The position numbers were made by a program, and so were the translations under genes. A DNA stretch of 60,201 nt from Parcubacteria group bacterium M6-OD1-4 (GTDB taxonomy: Bacteria > Patescibacteriota > Patescibacteriia > Patescibacteriales > UBA12465): positions 1 to 60,201 of the forward strand of contig LSNS01000006.1 of assembly GCA_003056205.1 (NCBI GenBank), in the 5' to 3' direction. Shown in pieces: positions 1 through 9,755 of this stretch (the stretch's first letter is position 1; every line of letters begins with the position of its first letter). Under the pieces are notes generated by a model, which saw nothing but the letters and a program-made list of their open reading frames with translations, did no database searches and was not told where the DNA came from.

Positions 1-39
1 CCGACCACGCACACACTCAAGTTAAAATACCCCCTGGCG

Positions 40-603
40 ATGATTATTATTGTTATTGTTTTGGGGGCGGGAGTGGTTTGGGCAATTAATAATATGAATA
101 CTGGTTATAGATTAAATAAAGGAATTTCTGCCTTTCCTATAAACACTCCTAATGGCGGCGCTCTTGTTTCCAATAGTTCTGCCGGTAGTGACTATTTCGT
201 ACCTACTAAATATAGTAAGGGCTGGACTTCTTTTGTGCAAAATTGTCCTTCCAGCGTAACCATCCAACCAGCACTTTGTGTTGCTGGTACTTATTATGAC
301 GGTAGTCAACGTTGTACAGACACTTGCCTTACTTGCCCTGCTAATTATTATTGTAGTAGTGGAAATAAATATGCTTGTCCTAGCGGGACAACTTCTCCAG
401 CTGGTTCAACCTCTTTTAGTGCTTGTGTCCCAGCTGGAAATACATGCATACCACAACGGAGCTGTGCTAGTTTCGCATTTCAGGAGTGTGGTACTGATAG
501 TTGTGGCACAGCTTGTGGGCCAGCTTGTCCAGCCACAGAATTTTGTAATAATAAACATCAATGTATACCAAAATGCATTAATGATCCCTTAAACCCTTGT
601 TAA
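40..603 (+). CDS. Cys-rich secreted/membrane-anchored protein; frame is open to the window edge so the true start may lie upstream
   Basis: Hydrophobic N-terminal segment then CPANYYC/CPSG/CGxDxCG Cys repeats; no stop in frame from position 1. Confidence 0.7.
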   Translation: MIIIVIVLGAGVVWAINNMNTGYRLNKGISAFPINTPNGGALVSNSSAGSDYFVPTKYSKGWTSFVQNCPSSVTIQPALCVAGTYYDGSQRCTDTCLTCPANYYCSSGNKYACPSGTTSPAGSTSFSACVPAGNTCIPQRSCASFAFQECGTDSCGTACGPACPATEFCNNKHQCIPKCINDPLNPC

Positions 604-638
604 TACCCATTAATATTTTAATTTATTTTTCTTAATAT

Positions 639-678
639 AAAAAAGAGGCATTTGTTTTAATTAACAAATGCCTTTTTG
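639..678. terminator. Bidirectional intrinsic terminator between convergent genes
   Basis: aaaaagaggcatttgtt ... aacaaatgccttttt hairpin with A/T tracts on both sides. Confidence 0.7.
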
Positions 679-707
679 AGACTTATGTCTCCTCTTTAAA
701 CTAAACT

Positions 708-1709
708 CTAGTTTTTTACTAATCTTACCGAAAAGCCAGAGTCATATAGGTAAGCACCGCCGATATTAATAACATCCCAATTATACATAAAAACTGTCGT
801 CAAGGCGCTTTTGCCATCCGAGAAGAGAGTCGTTGTCCAGAAAACAGCATCTGTTCCCAGGTCTGTAAAAGTACCTAAACTTCCGTCTACTTTATCTCCC
901 CGATCACCAGCAGGTAGCGCGGTGAAGCCAGTAGTATTAGTTGCTCCGGTATTAGGAGCTTTCCAATGGTTAGTACCAGTTTCTTTAAAACTACCACCCA
1001 TATGGATGCTACTCCCCAAAGCTTTCGCCACGGCTATCCATTCATCAAAACTTGGTATATGCCAACCCTTCGGAGCAAGTCCTCGTGGATCTCTGACAGC
1101 ATAGAAGTTATACATAGCTCCGTAAATGGAGTCGTATTTAGCACTATCGTTATCATAATAGCAATAAGCGCCGATGGTGGAATTATGCCAAGCCATATTA
1201 GCAGTAATGTTGGCAATTTTGTCACCATTACGGTAATGGGTCACTTTCAGGTTTTCCACGGTAAAAATTTTTGGACCGATTTTAACAGTATGATAACCAT
1301 TGCCATCGACATCCATTAAACCGTAGGTCCAAATGCGTTTCTCTTTGCTATAATAACTATTACCGTCTTTAGTGACAGCATAAACCCGAACATAATATTT
1401 CGTGTTCGGTTGCAATCCGGTAATAGAAACTGTTGTTGTTCCAGTTAATGTACTGGCAGCAGTTTTAGAATTAGCCGTTGTGGGATATTTAGCAGTGCCG
1501 TAGCAAATACCAACAGCTGCAATATTTGATCCGTTAGTCACAATATTAATTTTTAAATCAATACTGCCTAATTTTAAATTTGACTGGCTAACAATAGTCA
1601 GCCCGGGTGGTACCGTCGGAATTGGTGTCGGGCTTGGCGGTTTCTTGCAGCCCGTCATAATAGCCATCGCCATGATGACTAAAACAAATAATTTTGCGAT
1701 TGCTTTCAT
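708..1709 (-). CDS. Lipoprotein with FN3-like domain and FISUMP (Fibrobacter succinogenes major paralogous) domain
   Basis: Lipobox IMTGC; ITGLQPNTKYYVRVYA (FN3); ENLKVTHYRNGD, YGAMYN, LAPKGWHIPS, GFTALPAG, GFSVRLVK motifs. Confidence 0.85.
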   Translation of the reverse strand: MKAIAKLFVLVIMAMAIMTGCKKPPSPTPIPTVPPGLTIVSQSNLKLGSIDLKINIVTNGSNIAAVGICYGTAKYPTTANSKTAASTLTGTTTVSITGLQPNTKYYVRVYAVTKDGNSYYSKEKRIWTYGLMDVDGNGYHTVKIGPKIFTVENLKVTHYRNGDKIANITANMAWHNSTIGAYCYYDNDSAKYDSIYGAMYNFYAVRDPRGLAPKGWHIPSFDEWIAVAKALGSSIHMGGSFKETGTNHWKAPNTGATNTTGFTALPAGDRGDKVDGSLGTFTDLGTDAVFWTTTLFSDGKSALTTVFMYNWDVINIGGAYLYDSGFSVRLVKN

Positions 1710-1831
1710 GATTTCTATTTTTTAAGTTTGTATTATTTCATTTAATTAACGATTAAAGCCACCTTTTAGGAGATGAATTTAATCGTTAATTAAATCAAAC
1801 TTATTTTTTAAAGTACTGTTATTATGATTAA

Positions 1832-1860
1832 ATTATATCATTCTTTATATTTTTTGTCAA
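1832..1860 (-). promoter_or_regulatory. Sigma70 promoter of the FISUMP gene
   Basis: Minus strand TTGACA-N17-TATAAT, perfect consensus with TG extension. Confidence 0.75.
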
Positions 1861-1884
1861 TAGTAGATAATGCTTGTTGATTAT

Positions 1885-4380
1885 TTAAGAAACTTTTCTG
1901 CTTTTTCTCAAGAATATTCCCGCACTTATTATTAAAATAATAGTTCCTAAAGAAAGTGCTGCAGACGCTTTTTCTTGTTTACTACTAGAAAATTTTAAAG
2001 TAGTGCTTCCCTTAGCAAAGACTAACATCTGCCCAGGAGTAACTTGATAGACCTCTTGATTTGGATCTTGACTACGCCAATCTGGGAAATAGGAAGCGTT
2101 AATAATAATTGGTCCTTGACCAGAAAAAGAAATTTTTTCATTTTGCCAAGCAATTGTTTTTATTATTGTTTTGGGGCTGTGTTTAGCTGATTTTTTATTT
2201 TTTTCTAAAATTGTTGCCAGTTTATTAAGAGCTGAATAGTTTGGAGCTCGAAGAATGCTCTGTCCGTAATAGGCGACAATCGGTTTAAAATCTTCAATTA
2301 ATTGAAAATCAGCGGGTAATTTAGTTCCTTGATATTTTTTAGTGGAGAGAACGACAATATTTTTGTGGAGTAGTTTTAAATTTTTGATTTCTGAGGAGGA
2401 TAGATTGTTCGCTTGAATGATAATCAAAGATATTTGCTGTAAATTATTTTTATTGATATTTTTGATAGTTTGTCCGTCATAGATAATGGGAAAATCTAGT
2501 TCAGTTTTCATCTTATACCAGCCTAGGCTAAAATTACGAAAACTCAACTTTTGATCTTCATTAATATATAAAGCAGGAAGATATTGAGGTGAACTAAGAT
2601 ATTTTCTGATCTTAGTTTTTATTTTGTATATTTTATAGGGAGCAATATTTTTTTTAGTTTTAATTATTTCCACTGAAGAAGTAGCTTGGTTTAAAAATAG
2701 CTGGGCTCGTTTATTGGCGATTAAATATTGGACATTAAATAGAGCAAGCTCTTGTAAAGCTTGAGTTGGACCTTGTAGAAGATATTCCCGATCTCCTAAG
2801 AGTGCTTCAATTTTTCCGTAGGCTAAATGATTTCGGCCTAAGTGTTCTATCGCGGGAAAGAGAAAGGGGACTTGGTAGGCAGATTCAGCATAGAGCCCTA
2901 ACAGGCTAGGGGTTTGGTCTTTGAGGGACAAGAAGGTATCGAAATAGTGGGCAGAACCAAAATTAATCATTGTAAAACGTCCGATCATATCGGGGACAAC
3001 TCGAGAATTAATTTTATGTTCTTGAAAATATTTTAAAATATTTTGACCTTGAGTGGCCTGCGGATACTTTTTTAATTTATTATAATATTGAATGGGAGAA
3101 GTATAAGAATCTAAAACTCGAGGCTTAATATTACGATCAGTATTTAAGAAATTAAAAAAATAAATCTGTTGGGCTAATAAAAAAATCAGAATTATTGCTA
3201 TTAACGAAGGAAGAAAAGGATCCTTTTGCCGTTTTAAATATCTAAAAAATTTCTGTAAGCCGTAAGCAGCAATCGTAAGATAAATGAAAAAAAGCAAAGC
3301 CATAATTCGGTAATAAGGGATTGGCCAACTTGGAAAAATCTTTAGCAAATAATTACGTGGTATCAAAATAAAAGGAATTAGGAATAAAGAAGGAACTAAG
3401 AAGTGTTGTTTTTTAAATAAAATAATTAGCCCACCTAAAAAAGCAATAAATATTAAAAACCAAATCCAATTGAACCCTAACAAATTACCTTGGAGTAGAT
3501 TATTAGGATCAAAGGCTAATAAGGGAAGTAGCGGGTCAGCGAAGTAAGCATAAGCACTGGCATTGGCGCCTGAACTGAAATTGAAATAAGCAACAAGAGG
3601 ATAGAGAATATAAGCCCCACTAAGTAATAAACCGATACTAAGAGCGAGTACTTTTTTTAAACTTTTCCAATTAAAATAGAATAGTAAAATTAAGCCGGCT
3701 AAGAAAGCAGTAAAAACCATTGATAAAATATGGGTATAGATGATTAGCGTGCCGAATATTAAAGCTAAATAGAAATCTTGATTTTTAAACAGTTGTTGAG
3801 AGTGATCAGTCAAGAGACGTTTAAAATAAGCCAGAAAAAAGAGGACAAAGTTCATGGCGAAAGTTTCAATTAAGAGACCAGCAGATAAAGCCCCACTCAG
3901 ACTAATGCCCAAATTGCCGTATTCATAAGGTTGATAAAAAAGATAAGCAAGAGCTAGGGCAAAAGTAATCAAAATAGATATTTTTTGTTTTGGGAGGAAA
4001 GAGCGAACGAAGAAATGAAAAGCGACTGGGACTAAAGATAAAGATAGTAATATAAATCCTTTAAAAATTAAAATCGGAGGAATCGTGGAGAAAATAAGAG
4101 CCACAGCACTCATTAGCCAAAAAGCCAAAGGGGGGTAAAAATAAAATAAAGGCATTCCTCCAAACCAGTTAAGTAGATATCCACGAAGTTCACCGTGTTG
4201 CAGAAGCTGAATACTTTGCAGAAAAGCATAATAGTGGCCTAAGGTATCCCAGCCAGGAAGAATGGTGTTGGTCGTAAATAGAGTTGGAAATTTTATTACC
4301 AGGATAATAACTGTAAGAAAAAAAATAAGAAAATATTCTTTTAAATTATTTTTAGACTTTAAAATTTTGCTTAATTTTAT
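1885..4380 (-). CDS. Polytopic membrane protein, PTPS-related / GT-C-like glycosyltransferase; start probably upstream of the ORF-track ATG at 4155
   Basis: Frame stays open to 4443 and encodes a TM helix plus GWDTLGH...WFGGMPLFYFYPPL; many TM helices; candidate ATA start at 4380. Confidence 0.7.
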   Translation of the reverse strand: MKLSKILKSKNNLKEYFLIFFLTVIILVIKFPTLFTTNTILPGWDTLGHYYAFLQSIQLLQHGELRGYLLNWFGGMPLFYFYPPLAFWLMSAVALIFSTIPPILIFKGFILLSLSLVPVAFHFFVRSFLPKQKISILITFALALAYLFYQPYEYGNLGISLSGALSAGLLIETFAMNFVLFFLAYFKRLLTDHSQQLFKNQDFYLALIFGTLIIYTHILSMVFTAFLAGLILLFYFNWKSLKKVLALSIGLLLSGAYILYPLVAYFNFSSGANASAYAYFADPLLPLLAFDPNNLLQGNLLGFNWIWFLIFIAFLGGLIILFKKQHFLVPSLFLIPFILIPRNYLLKIFPSWPIPYYRIMALLFFIYLTIAAYGLQKFFRYLKRQKDPFLPSLIAIILIFLLAQQIYFFNFLNTDRNIKPRVLDSYTSPIQYYNKLKKYPQATQGQNILKYFQEHKINSRVVPDMIGRFTMINFGSAHYFDTFLSLKDQTPSLLGLYAESAYQVPFLFPAIEHLGRNHLAYGKIEALLGDREYLLQGPTQALQELALFNVQYLIANKRAQLFLNQATSSVEIIKTKKNIAPYKIYKIKTKIRKYLSSPQYLPALYINEDQKLSFRNFSLGWYKMKTELDFPIIYDGQTIKNINKNNLQQISLIIIQANNLSSSEIKNLKLLHKNIVVLSTKKYQGTKLPADFQLIEDFKPIVAYYGQSILRAPNYSALNKLATILEKNKKSAKHSPKTIIKTIAWQNEKISFSGQGPIIINASYFPDWRSQDPNQEVYQVTPGQMLVFAKGSTTLKFSSSKQEKASAALSLGTIILIISAGIFLRKSRKVS

Positions 4381-4492
4381 AAATGAAATATAGTTATCTA
4401 GCTTAAGTATTAAATCTTGATAATTTTTATTATAACATAAAAATTAGATTTCAATATGCAGAATTTTTCATTTTGTTATATAATAATATTAT

Positions 4493-5272
4493 ATGAAATT
4501 TCTTTCTACTAAACGAAGACGTCGGAGGGCTTTAGTCTTGTTTATAATTATTGCTCTCTTGGCCATTTATTTGAATCGGGCTTATGCTCATATTTATAAT
4601 GAGATTGGACACGTTGCTTTACGTTCCAGCGATCACGTGGGAACTTATATGATTAAAGTTCAAACTACAAATCAAGACACTCGGCACCCGATAGTTTATA
4701 CTGCTTTAGGGGATAGTTTAACGGCTGGGGTTGGGGTGAAACAATATCAGGAGTCTTATCCTTATCTTTTAGCTCAAGATTTAGCACAAGCTGGACAGCC
4801 TATTATTTTAAAAGATCGGGCAATCCCTGGAGAGAGAACAGCCGGCTTGATTGCTAAACTATTGCCTCGCGCCATTAAAGATCAACCGCAGCTAATTACG
4901 GTGTTGATTGGCGTCAATGATATTCATGGGAACATTTCTGCTAAAGTTTTTCAACAGAATTATAATATTATTTTAAAACAATTAACAAACAAAACAAAAG
5001 CCCAGATTTATGTAATTAATTTACCTTATATTGGTTCTGATCGACTAGTTTTGCCACCTTATAATTATTTATTAGCGGCGCGAACCCAGGAATTCAATCG
5101 AATTATTAAGCGCTTAGCTCAACAATATTCTGTTCATTATATTGATTTATATACGCCCACAGTTTCTTTATTTAAAAGTTCCGGCAAATTTTATGCTGCC
5201 GATTCATTTCACCCCTCAGCCTTTGGTTATCGGTTGTGGGCCAAAATAATTTATGATCATCTCCATTACTAA
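4493..5272 (+). CDS. SGNH/GDSL hydrolase with N-terminal membrane anchor
   Basis: GDSLTAG, GVND and DSFHPS blocks. Confidence 0.9.
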   Translation: MKFLSTKRRRRRALVLFIIIALLAIYLNRAYAHIYNEIGHVALRSSDHVGTYMIKVQTTNQDTRHPIVYTALGDSLTAGVGVKQYQESYPYLLAQDLAQAGQPIILKDRAIPGERTAGLIAKLLPRAIKDQPQLITVLIGVNDIHGNISAKVFQQNYNIILKQLTNKTKAQIYVINLPYIGSDRLVLPPYNYLLAARTQEFNRIIKRLAQQYSVHYIDLYTPTVSLFKSSGKFYAADSFHPSAFGYRLWAKIIYDHLHY

Positions 5273-6377
5273 TCCGGTTCAATCTACTTTAATTTTTTCC
5301 GGAATCTTTTTTTTAGTTTTATTATTTTCTACTCGACGGCGACACTTGACTGAGTGGTTCCCGCTCTCTTTAACTACAGAACTAAAAGGTTTAGCAATCC
5401 TGATGATTGTTTTTTCGCATATTGGTTATTTTTTGGTTAACAATAATCAATTTATGTGGCCTTTATCTATTATGGCGGGTATTGGTGTTAATCTGTTTTT
5501 ATTGTTATCGGGTTATGGACTTACGGCTAGCCAATTACGCAAAAATTTAACGATTAAACAATTTTATAAACGTCGCTTAGCAAAATTATTTGTTCCTTTT
5601 TGGTTGATGCTAATTAGTTTTCTGAGTTTAGATTTTTTTATTCTTCATATCGTGCGACCAGATTGGTATGTTGGTCAAGCAATTTTTGGGGTATTTCTTC
5701 ATGCCGATTTATATCATGATATTAATGCGCCTCTATGGTATTTAACTTTTATTCTCGCTTACTATTTAATATTTCCGTTCTTGTGGTCTAAAAAAAGACC
5801 CTGGCTAACAGCCGGTATTTTATATTTGTTGGGCTATTTATTAATTCGCTGGAATCCTAGTTTCTTAGCTAATGTTTCTTATTTATATCGTGTCCATATC
5901 ATCGCTTTTCCTCTTGGTGTTTTGTTGGCTGGTTTTATTACTAAACTTAAAGCGCCGGCCATTTTAAATAAGTGGTCACAGCACTGGCGAGCTCTTTTCT
6001 ATTATTTAGGTTTAGCTGGCTTATTGGCAATTTTTGTTTATGCCAATATTCATTCGGGAATTGGCGTGAATCCCAATTTGGAACAAAACATGAGTACTAT
6101 TGCAGTCTTAGCTTTATTGGGAGTCTTTATTTTAAAGAAAATTAATTTTAAATTGTTTTACTGGTTTGGTTTGTATTCCTATGAAATTTATTTATTTCAT
6201 TGGCCAATTATGTATCGTTATGATTTTATTTATCGTTTTTTACCAGCCAACTTAGAATGGATTGGGGTCGGTTTATATTTAATATTCTTTCTTCTCCTTG
6301 GTTGGTTGATGTCTTGGTTGAGTAAATTAATTATTAATTATTTCTTACGAAAACCACGATTAGCAAAAGATACTTAG
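5253..6377 (+). CDS. Acyltransferase family 3 (OafA/OatA-like membrane O-acyltransferase)
   Basis: LKGLAILMIVFSH, GVNLFLLLSGYGL, FYKRRL, LWYL, SYEIYLFHWP motifs. Confidence 0.88.
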   Translation: MIISITNPVQSTLIFSGIFFLVLLFSTRRRHLTEWFPLSLTTELKGLAILMIVFSHIGYFLVNNNQFMWPLSIMAGIGVNLFLLLSGYGLTASQLRKNLTIKQFYKRRLAKLFVPFWLMLISFLSLDFFILHIVRPDWYVGQAIFGVFLHADLYHDINAPLWYLTFILAYYLIFPFLWSKKRPWLTAGILYLLGYLLIRWNPSFLANVSYLYRVHIIAFPLGVLLAGFITKLKAPAILNKWSQHWRALFYYLGLAGLLAIFVYANIHSGIGVNPNLEQNMSTIAVLALLGVFILKKINFKLFYWFGLYSYEIYLFHWPIMYRYDFIYRFLPANLEWIGVGLYLIFFLLLGWLMSWLSKLIINYFLRKPRLAKDT

Positions 6378-6430
6378 AAATTAGTAGTGTTAATATTTTT
6401 GTTATTTATTTAAATAAAATTTTTCTAACT

Positions 6431-6460
6431 AAAAACAGGATTTTAATCATCCTGTTTTTT
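6431..6460. terminator. Terminator hairpin downstream of the tRNA cluster and acyltransferase
   Basis: aaaaacaggat ... atcctgtttttt. Confidence 0.7.
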
Positions 6461-6461
6461 G

Positions 6462-6536
6462 TCGGGGTGGAGAGATTCGAACTCTCGATCTTCTGGTCCC
6501 AAACCAGACGCCTTAGACCAACTGGGCCACACCCCG
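6462..6536 (-). tRNA. tRNA-Pro(TGG)
   Basis: Cloverleaf CGGGGTG...; anticodon arm TCTGG-TTTGGGA-CCAGA; GTTCGAATC; CCA not encoded. Confidence 0.95.
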
Positions 6537-6546
6537 TGGACTTCTG

Positions 6547-6618
6547 TGCCTCGGGTCAGAATCGAACTGACGACACAAGGATTTTCAGTCCTTTGCTCTA
6601 CCACTGAGCTACCGAGGC
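6547..6618 (-). tRNA. tRNA-Phe(GAA)
   Basis: GCCTCGG acceptor; AAGGA-CTGAAAA-TCCTT anticodon arm. Confidence 0.95.
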
Positions 6619-6637
6619 TTGAGAATTCAAAATTTAG

Positions 6638-6710
6638 TTGCGGGGGTCGGATTCGAACCGACGACCTCTAGGTTATGGGCCTAGCGAGCTGCCAACTGCT
6701 CTACCCCGCG
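6638..6710 (-). tRNA. Initiator tRNA-fMet(CAT)
   Basis: CGCGGGG start with C1:A72 mismatch; CTAGG-CCCATAA-CCTAG arm. Confidence 0.92.
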
Positions 6711-6743
6711 ACAATAACACAATTCGCCAACTGGCGAATCAAG

Positions 6744-6817
6744 TGGGCAATGGTGGACTCGAACCACCGACCTCAACATTATCAGTGTTGCGCTCTAACC
6801 AGCTGAGCTAATTGCCC
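6744..6817 (-). tRNA. tRNA-Ile(GAT)
   Basis: GGGCAAT acceptor; CAACA-CTGATAA-TGTTG arm. Confidence 0.95.
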
Positions 6818-6865
6818 GATAGTTAAAAAAATTTTATGTTTTTTTAAGAATAAAATTCTGCCCAG

Positions 6866-6894
6866 ACTATAACAAATAATAAATAAAAAGGCAA
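6866..6894 (-). promoter_or_regulatory. Promoter of the tRNA cluster
   Basis: Minus strand TTGCCT-N17-TATAGT with TG extension, ~50 nt before tRNA-Ile. Confidence 0.6.
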
Positions 6895-6900
6895 GAGATT

Positions 6901-8225
6901 CGAATCAAATGGTGCAAAATATAACCATAAGACTTATAAAAATTAAGGTTTAAATCTATGGTTATTACAAAAATAAGTATGACCTCAAAAAGAAAGTATT
7001 TAGTCCGTCTTAAGCCCAGATATCTCAAGGCAAACAAAAAAACTAAGTCGGAAATGTTAGCAGAGTTTTGTCGGAATACTACTTATAACAATAAGTATGC
7101 GATTAGAATTCTGAGAGCCGGACATGAATATAAAATGAAAATCATTAATCGCAAAGGTCATTATACCTATAGCAATGAAGATATCTTCTGGCTCAAAAAA
7201 ATTTGGGAAATTATGGACTATTCTTGCGGACAAAGATTATCCCCACAACTTGAGGAAGTAATTTCTAAATTAGTGCTCTTTAAAGAATTAGATATCCCGC
7301 AAGCGAGCCAAGAAAGATTAAAACATATTTCTTCAACAACTATTGATAATCATCTACAAAGATTTAAACATGAACTTCGTTTAAAAATTAATTCCACTAC
7401 CAGACCAGGCAGTCTACTCAAAAAACAAATTTCCATTAGAACAGTGAGTTGGAACGAAACTAGAATTGGCTATTGCGAATTAGACACTGTCGCTCATTGT
7501 GGCGATAGTGCAGCTGGTGAATTCATTTCCAGCCTTGATTTAACGGACATTTTAACCCAATGGACAGAAACAGAGGCTCTGCTGGGTAAAGCCCAAAAGC
7601 GGGTCATTGCCGGTCTAGAAAATATCAAAAATCGTTTGCCTTTCCCACTATTAGCTATTGATCCGGATAATGGTAGTGAGTTCATTAATTGGCAATTATT
7701 TGAATACTGTCTGACGAGAACAATTGAATTTACTCGTGGTTGACCATACCATAAAAATGATAATGCTCATATCGAACAAAAGAATTGGACTCAAGTCAGA
7801 AAAGTATTTGGCTATAGGCGTCGAGAAACGGAAAAAGAACTAAATTTAATGAATGATTTATATCGGAATGAAATTAGATTGTATAAGAATTTCTTTATGG
7901 CTAACGTAAAATTAGCGCAGAAAAAAAGAGTCGGAAAAAACAAGGAAAAAATTAAACGTATTTATGATAGGGCGCAAACTCCCTATCAGCGCGTATTGGC
8001 CTGTGATCAAGTTAATAAAGAAGTCAAACAGAAACTCAGAGAACAATATGTCACACTTAATCCCGCTGAACTGAGAAGGCAAATCAAGCTTAAACTAGAG
8101 AAATTAAACAATATTAATAAAATAATTATTAACAAAATCATAGATCTAAAACCTGAGACCAAAGTTACATTCTTAGACCATAGAACGAAGTAGCTTACGG
8201 TTACATTCTTAGACGATTTGACACG
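6901..8225 (+). mobile_element. Insertion sequence (rve/DDE transposase, ISNCY-like) with imperfect terminal inverted repeats
   Basis: Left end cgaatcaaatggtgcaaaatataacc vs reverse complement of right end cgtgtcaaatcgtctaagaatgtaacc; subterminal gttacattcttagac repeated at 8164 and 8200. Confidence 0.75.
6958..8193 (+). pseudogene. Transposase (integrase catalytic domain) interrupted by in-frame TGA at 7741-7743
   Basis: ELDTVAHCG, DPDNGSEF, EFTRG*PYHKNDNAHIEQKNW; the two track ORFs are in one frame; the stop falls at the conserved Arg of SRPY (CGA>TGA). Confidence 0.85.
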
Positions 8226-8298
8226 GTTGGGTAAGTTCGTTCATATATTGCTTAAATTTACAAAATTTTAAGTCCTTTATTTTTCAGCTTTTTTTAGG

Positions 8299-9072
8299 TT
8301 ATTTCAAACGCTGTTCAATATAGGCTTTAAATTGCAACACTCTGAGGTCGTCATTTTGTTCAATTAAAAAAGATTTTACATCTTTGGCCATTGCCGCCAT
8401 ATCAAGGTTAGTTATAAAAGCTAAAAGCTTTTTCCGCAGCTCCATTTTATTCTTAATCCTTAATTTAAAATCTAAGTATTGGTAATTAAAATCGCTTATC
8501 CCTAAAAGATAGACCAGATCATAAAAATCACGCCCTTTAGTCCGTTTGCGGCCGAATATGGCCGCTGCTTTCATAGAAGAAATAATATCCGGCGGAGTTA
8601 ACTTTATATTTCTAAAAATATCAAATTTTTGCAGTAAAAAATTGTTTGGTTTATAGTTAAAATTATGGGGCGCCGTATCTACTTGAATTAGAATTTTCTC
8701 GTTAGACAGGGCACTTAAATTATTGTCTTTAAGTAGTTCGGGGATTTTAATACTGCAGCGGAACGCCCCTTTGAAAACATTTTTTATTTCAACTTTATAG
8801 CCTTCTAGTCCCAACTCTTTTTTAATAATTTCCGAAAGTTTAGTAAATTCAATTTTGCTTAATCCGAAGTTATCAAAATCTAGATCTTCAGAAAAACGGC
8901 GGCTGCCGTAAGCGATTTTTATGGCTGTTCCTCCTAAAAACGATAGTTTATTACTGAGTTCGTTCTTAAAAATTATATCTAAAATTTTGTATTGCAGGTA
9001 TTCACGTAAAATATTTTTATCAAATCCGGCGAGTCTCGGATAATATTTTTTTATTTCTTCTAGACTTAGCAT
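8299..9072 (-). CDS. abiEii: AbiEii-family nucleotidyltransferase toxin (type IV TA / abortive infection)
   Basis: FLGGTAI, RFSEDLDF, KGRDFYD motifs. Confidence 0.9.
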   Translation of the reverse strand: MLSLEEIKKYYPRLAGFDKNILREYLQYKILDIIFKNELSNKLSFLGGTAIKIAYGSRRFSEDLDFDNFGLSKIEFTKLSEIIKKELGLEGYKVEIKNVFKGAFRCSIKIPELLKDNNLSALSNEKILIQVDTAPHNFNYKPNNFLLQKFDIFRNIKLTPPDIISSMKAAAIFGRKRTKGRDFYDLVYLLGISDFNYQYLDFKLRIKNKMELRKKLLAFITNLDMAAMAKDVKSFLIEQNDDLRVLQFKAYIEQRLK

Positions 9073-9677
9073 AATATTTTGTTTAATTTTTTAATTTTAG
9101 CAGTTAAAGTGACGGAATTAAACAGCTTTAAATATTTTTCCATTTTTTTTACGTCTATTATTTCTTTAAATACATCCCGATTAATCCTTAATTCCTCTAA
9201 ATCATCTTTATTTTTCAGATCGCTTCGCAAATACAAAAAATCCAGCAGAGCTTTTTCTGGTTCGGCAATTTTAAAAGCCGTTTTGTTCAATTCTATAATT
9301 TTGTAAGCAAAGAATAAGGGGATTTTGACGGTCTGATATCGGAAGTTATGAAAGACGGTTTGGATAGTTTTAGTTTTTTTGGTAGTCACACTGGTTATTG
9401 AATAAACTATTTCCGGGATTAAATTATAATATCTTAAAGCATATTCTAGGCTCAGATAAGATGGTTCTAATAATTTATTGGCGATAAAACAGGTTTCGCT
9501 TTCGTTTGGGTTGTGGTCGGAAAAAATATAAAATGAATTAGTAAGTTTTTTGATATAGCCCTTTTTTTGCCATTCATAAAAACGCCGCGAATTAAAGTCA
9601 GGAAAAATATTTTTTACTTCTCTAATGTCAATAAGTGGACGATTTTTAAAAGTATTTTGAAAATTTATATATTTCAT
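9066..9677 (-). CDS. abiEi: AbiEi-family antitoxin / transcriptional regulator
   Basis: PSYLSLEYALRYYNLIPE and IAEPEKALLDFLY; overlaps the toxin start. Confidence 0.85.
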   Translation of the reverse strand: MKYINFQNTFKNRPLIDIREVKNIFPDFNSRRFYEWQKKGYIKKLTNSFYIFSDHNPNESETCFIANKLLEPSYLSLEYALRYYNLIPEIVYSITSVTTKKTKTIQTVFHNFRYQTVKIPLFFAYKIIELNKTAFKIAEPEKALLDFLYLRSDLKNKDDLEELRINRDVFKEIIDVKKMEKYLKLFNSVTLTAKIKKLNKILC

Positions 9678-9755
9678 TTCTTTATTTAGTTATTTTTAAC
9701 TAAAAACTGACTTAATTATGGCATAAAATAAAAATAATGGCAAGATGTTACACTC

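Noticed and set aside
6459..6671. 70-aa ORF
   Set aside because: Antisense shadow of tRNA genes
7741..7743. In-frame TGA as evidence of UGA recoding (code 25 or selenocysteine)
   Set aside because: The position is a conserved Arg (CGA>TGA); long core genes have no internal TGA and TGA ends other genes
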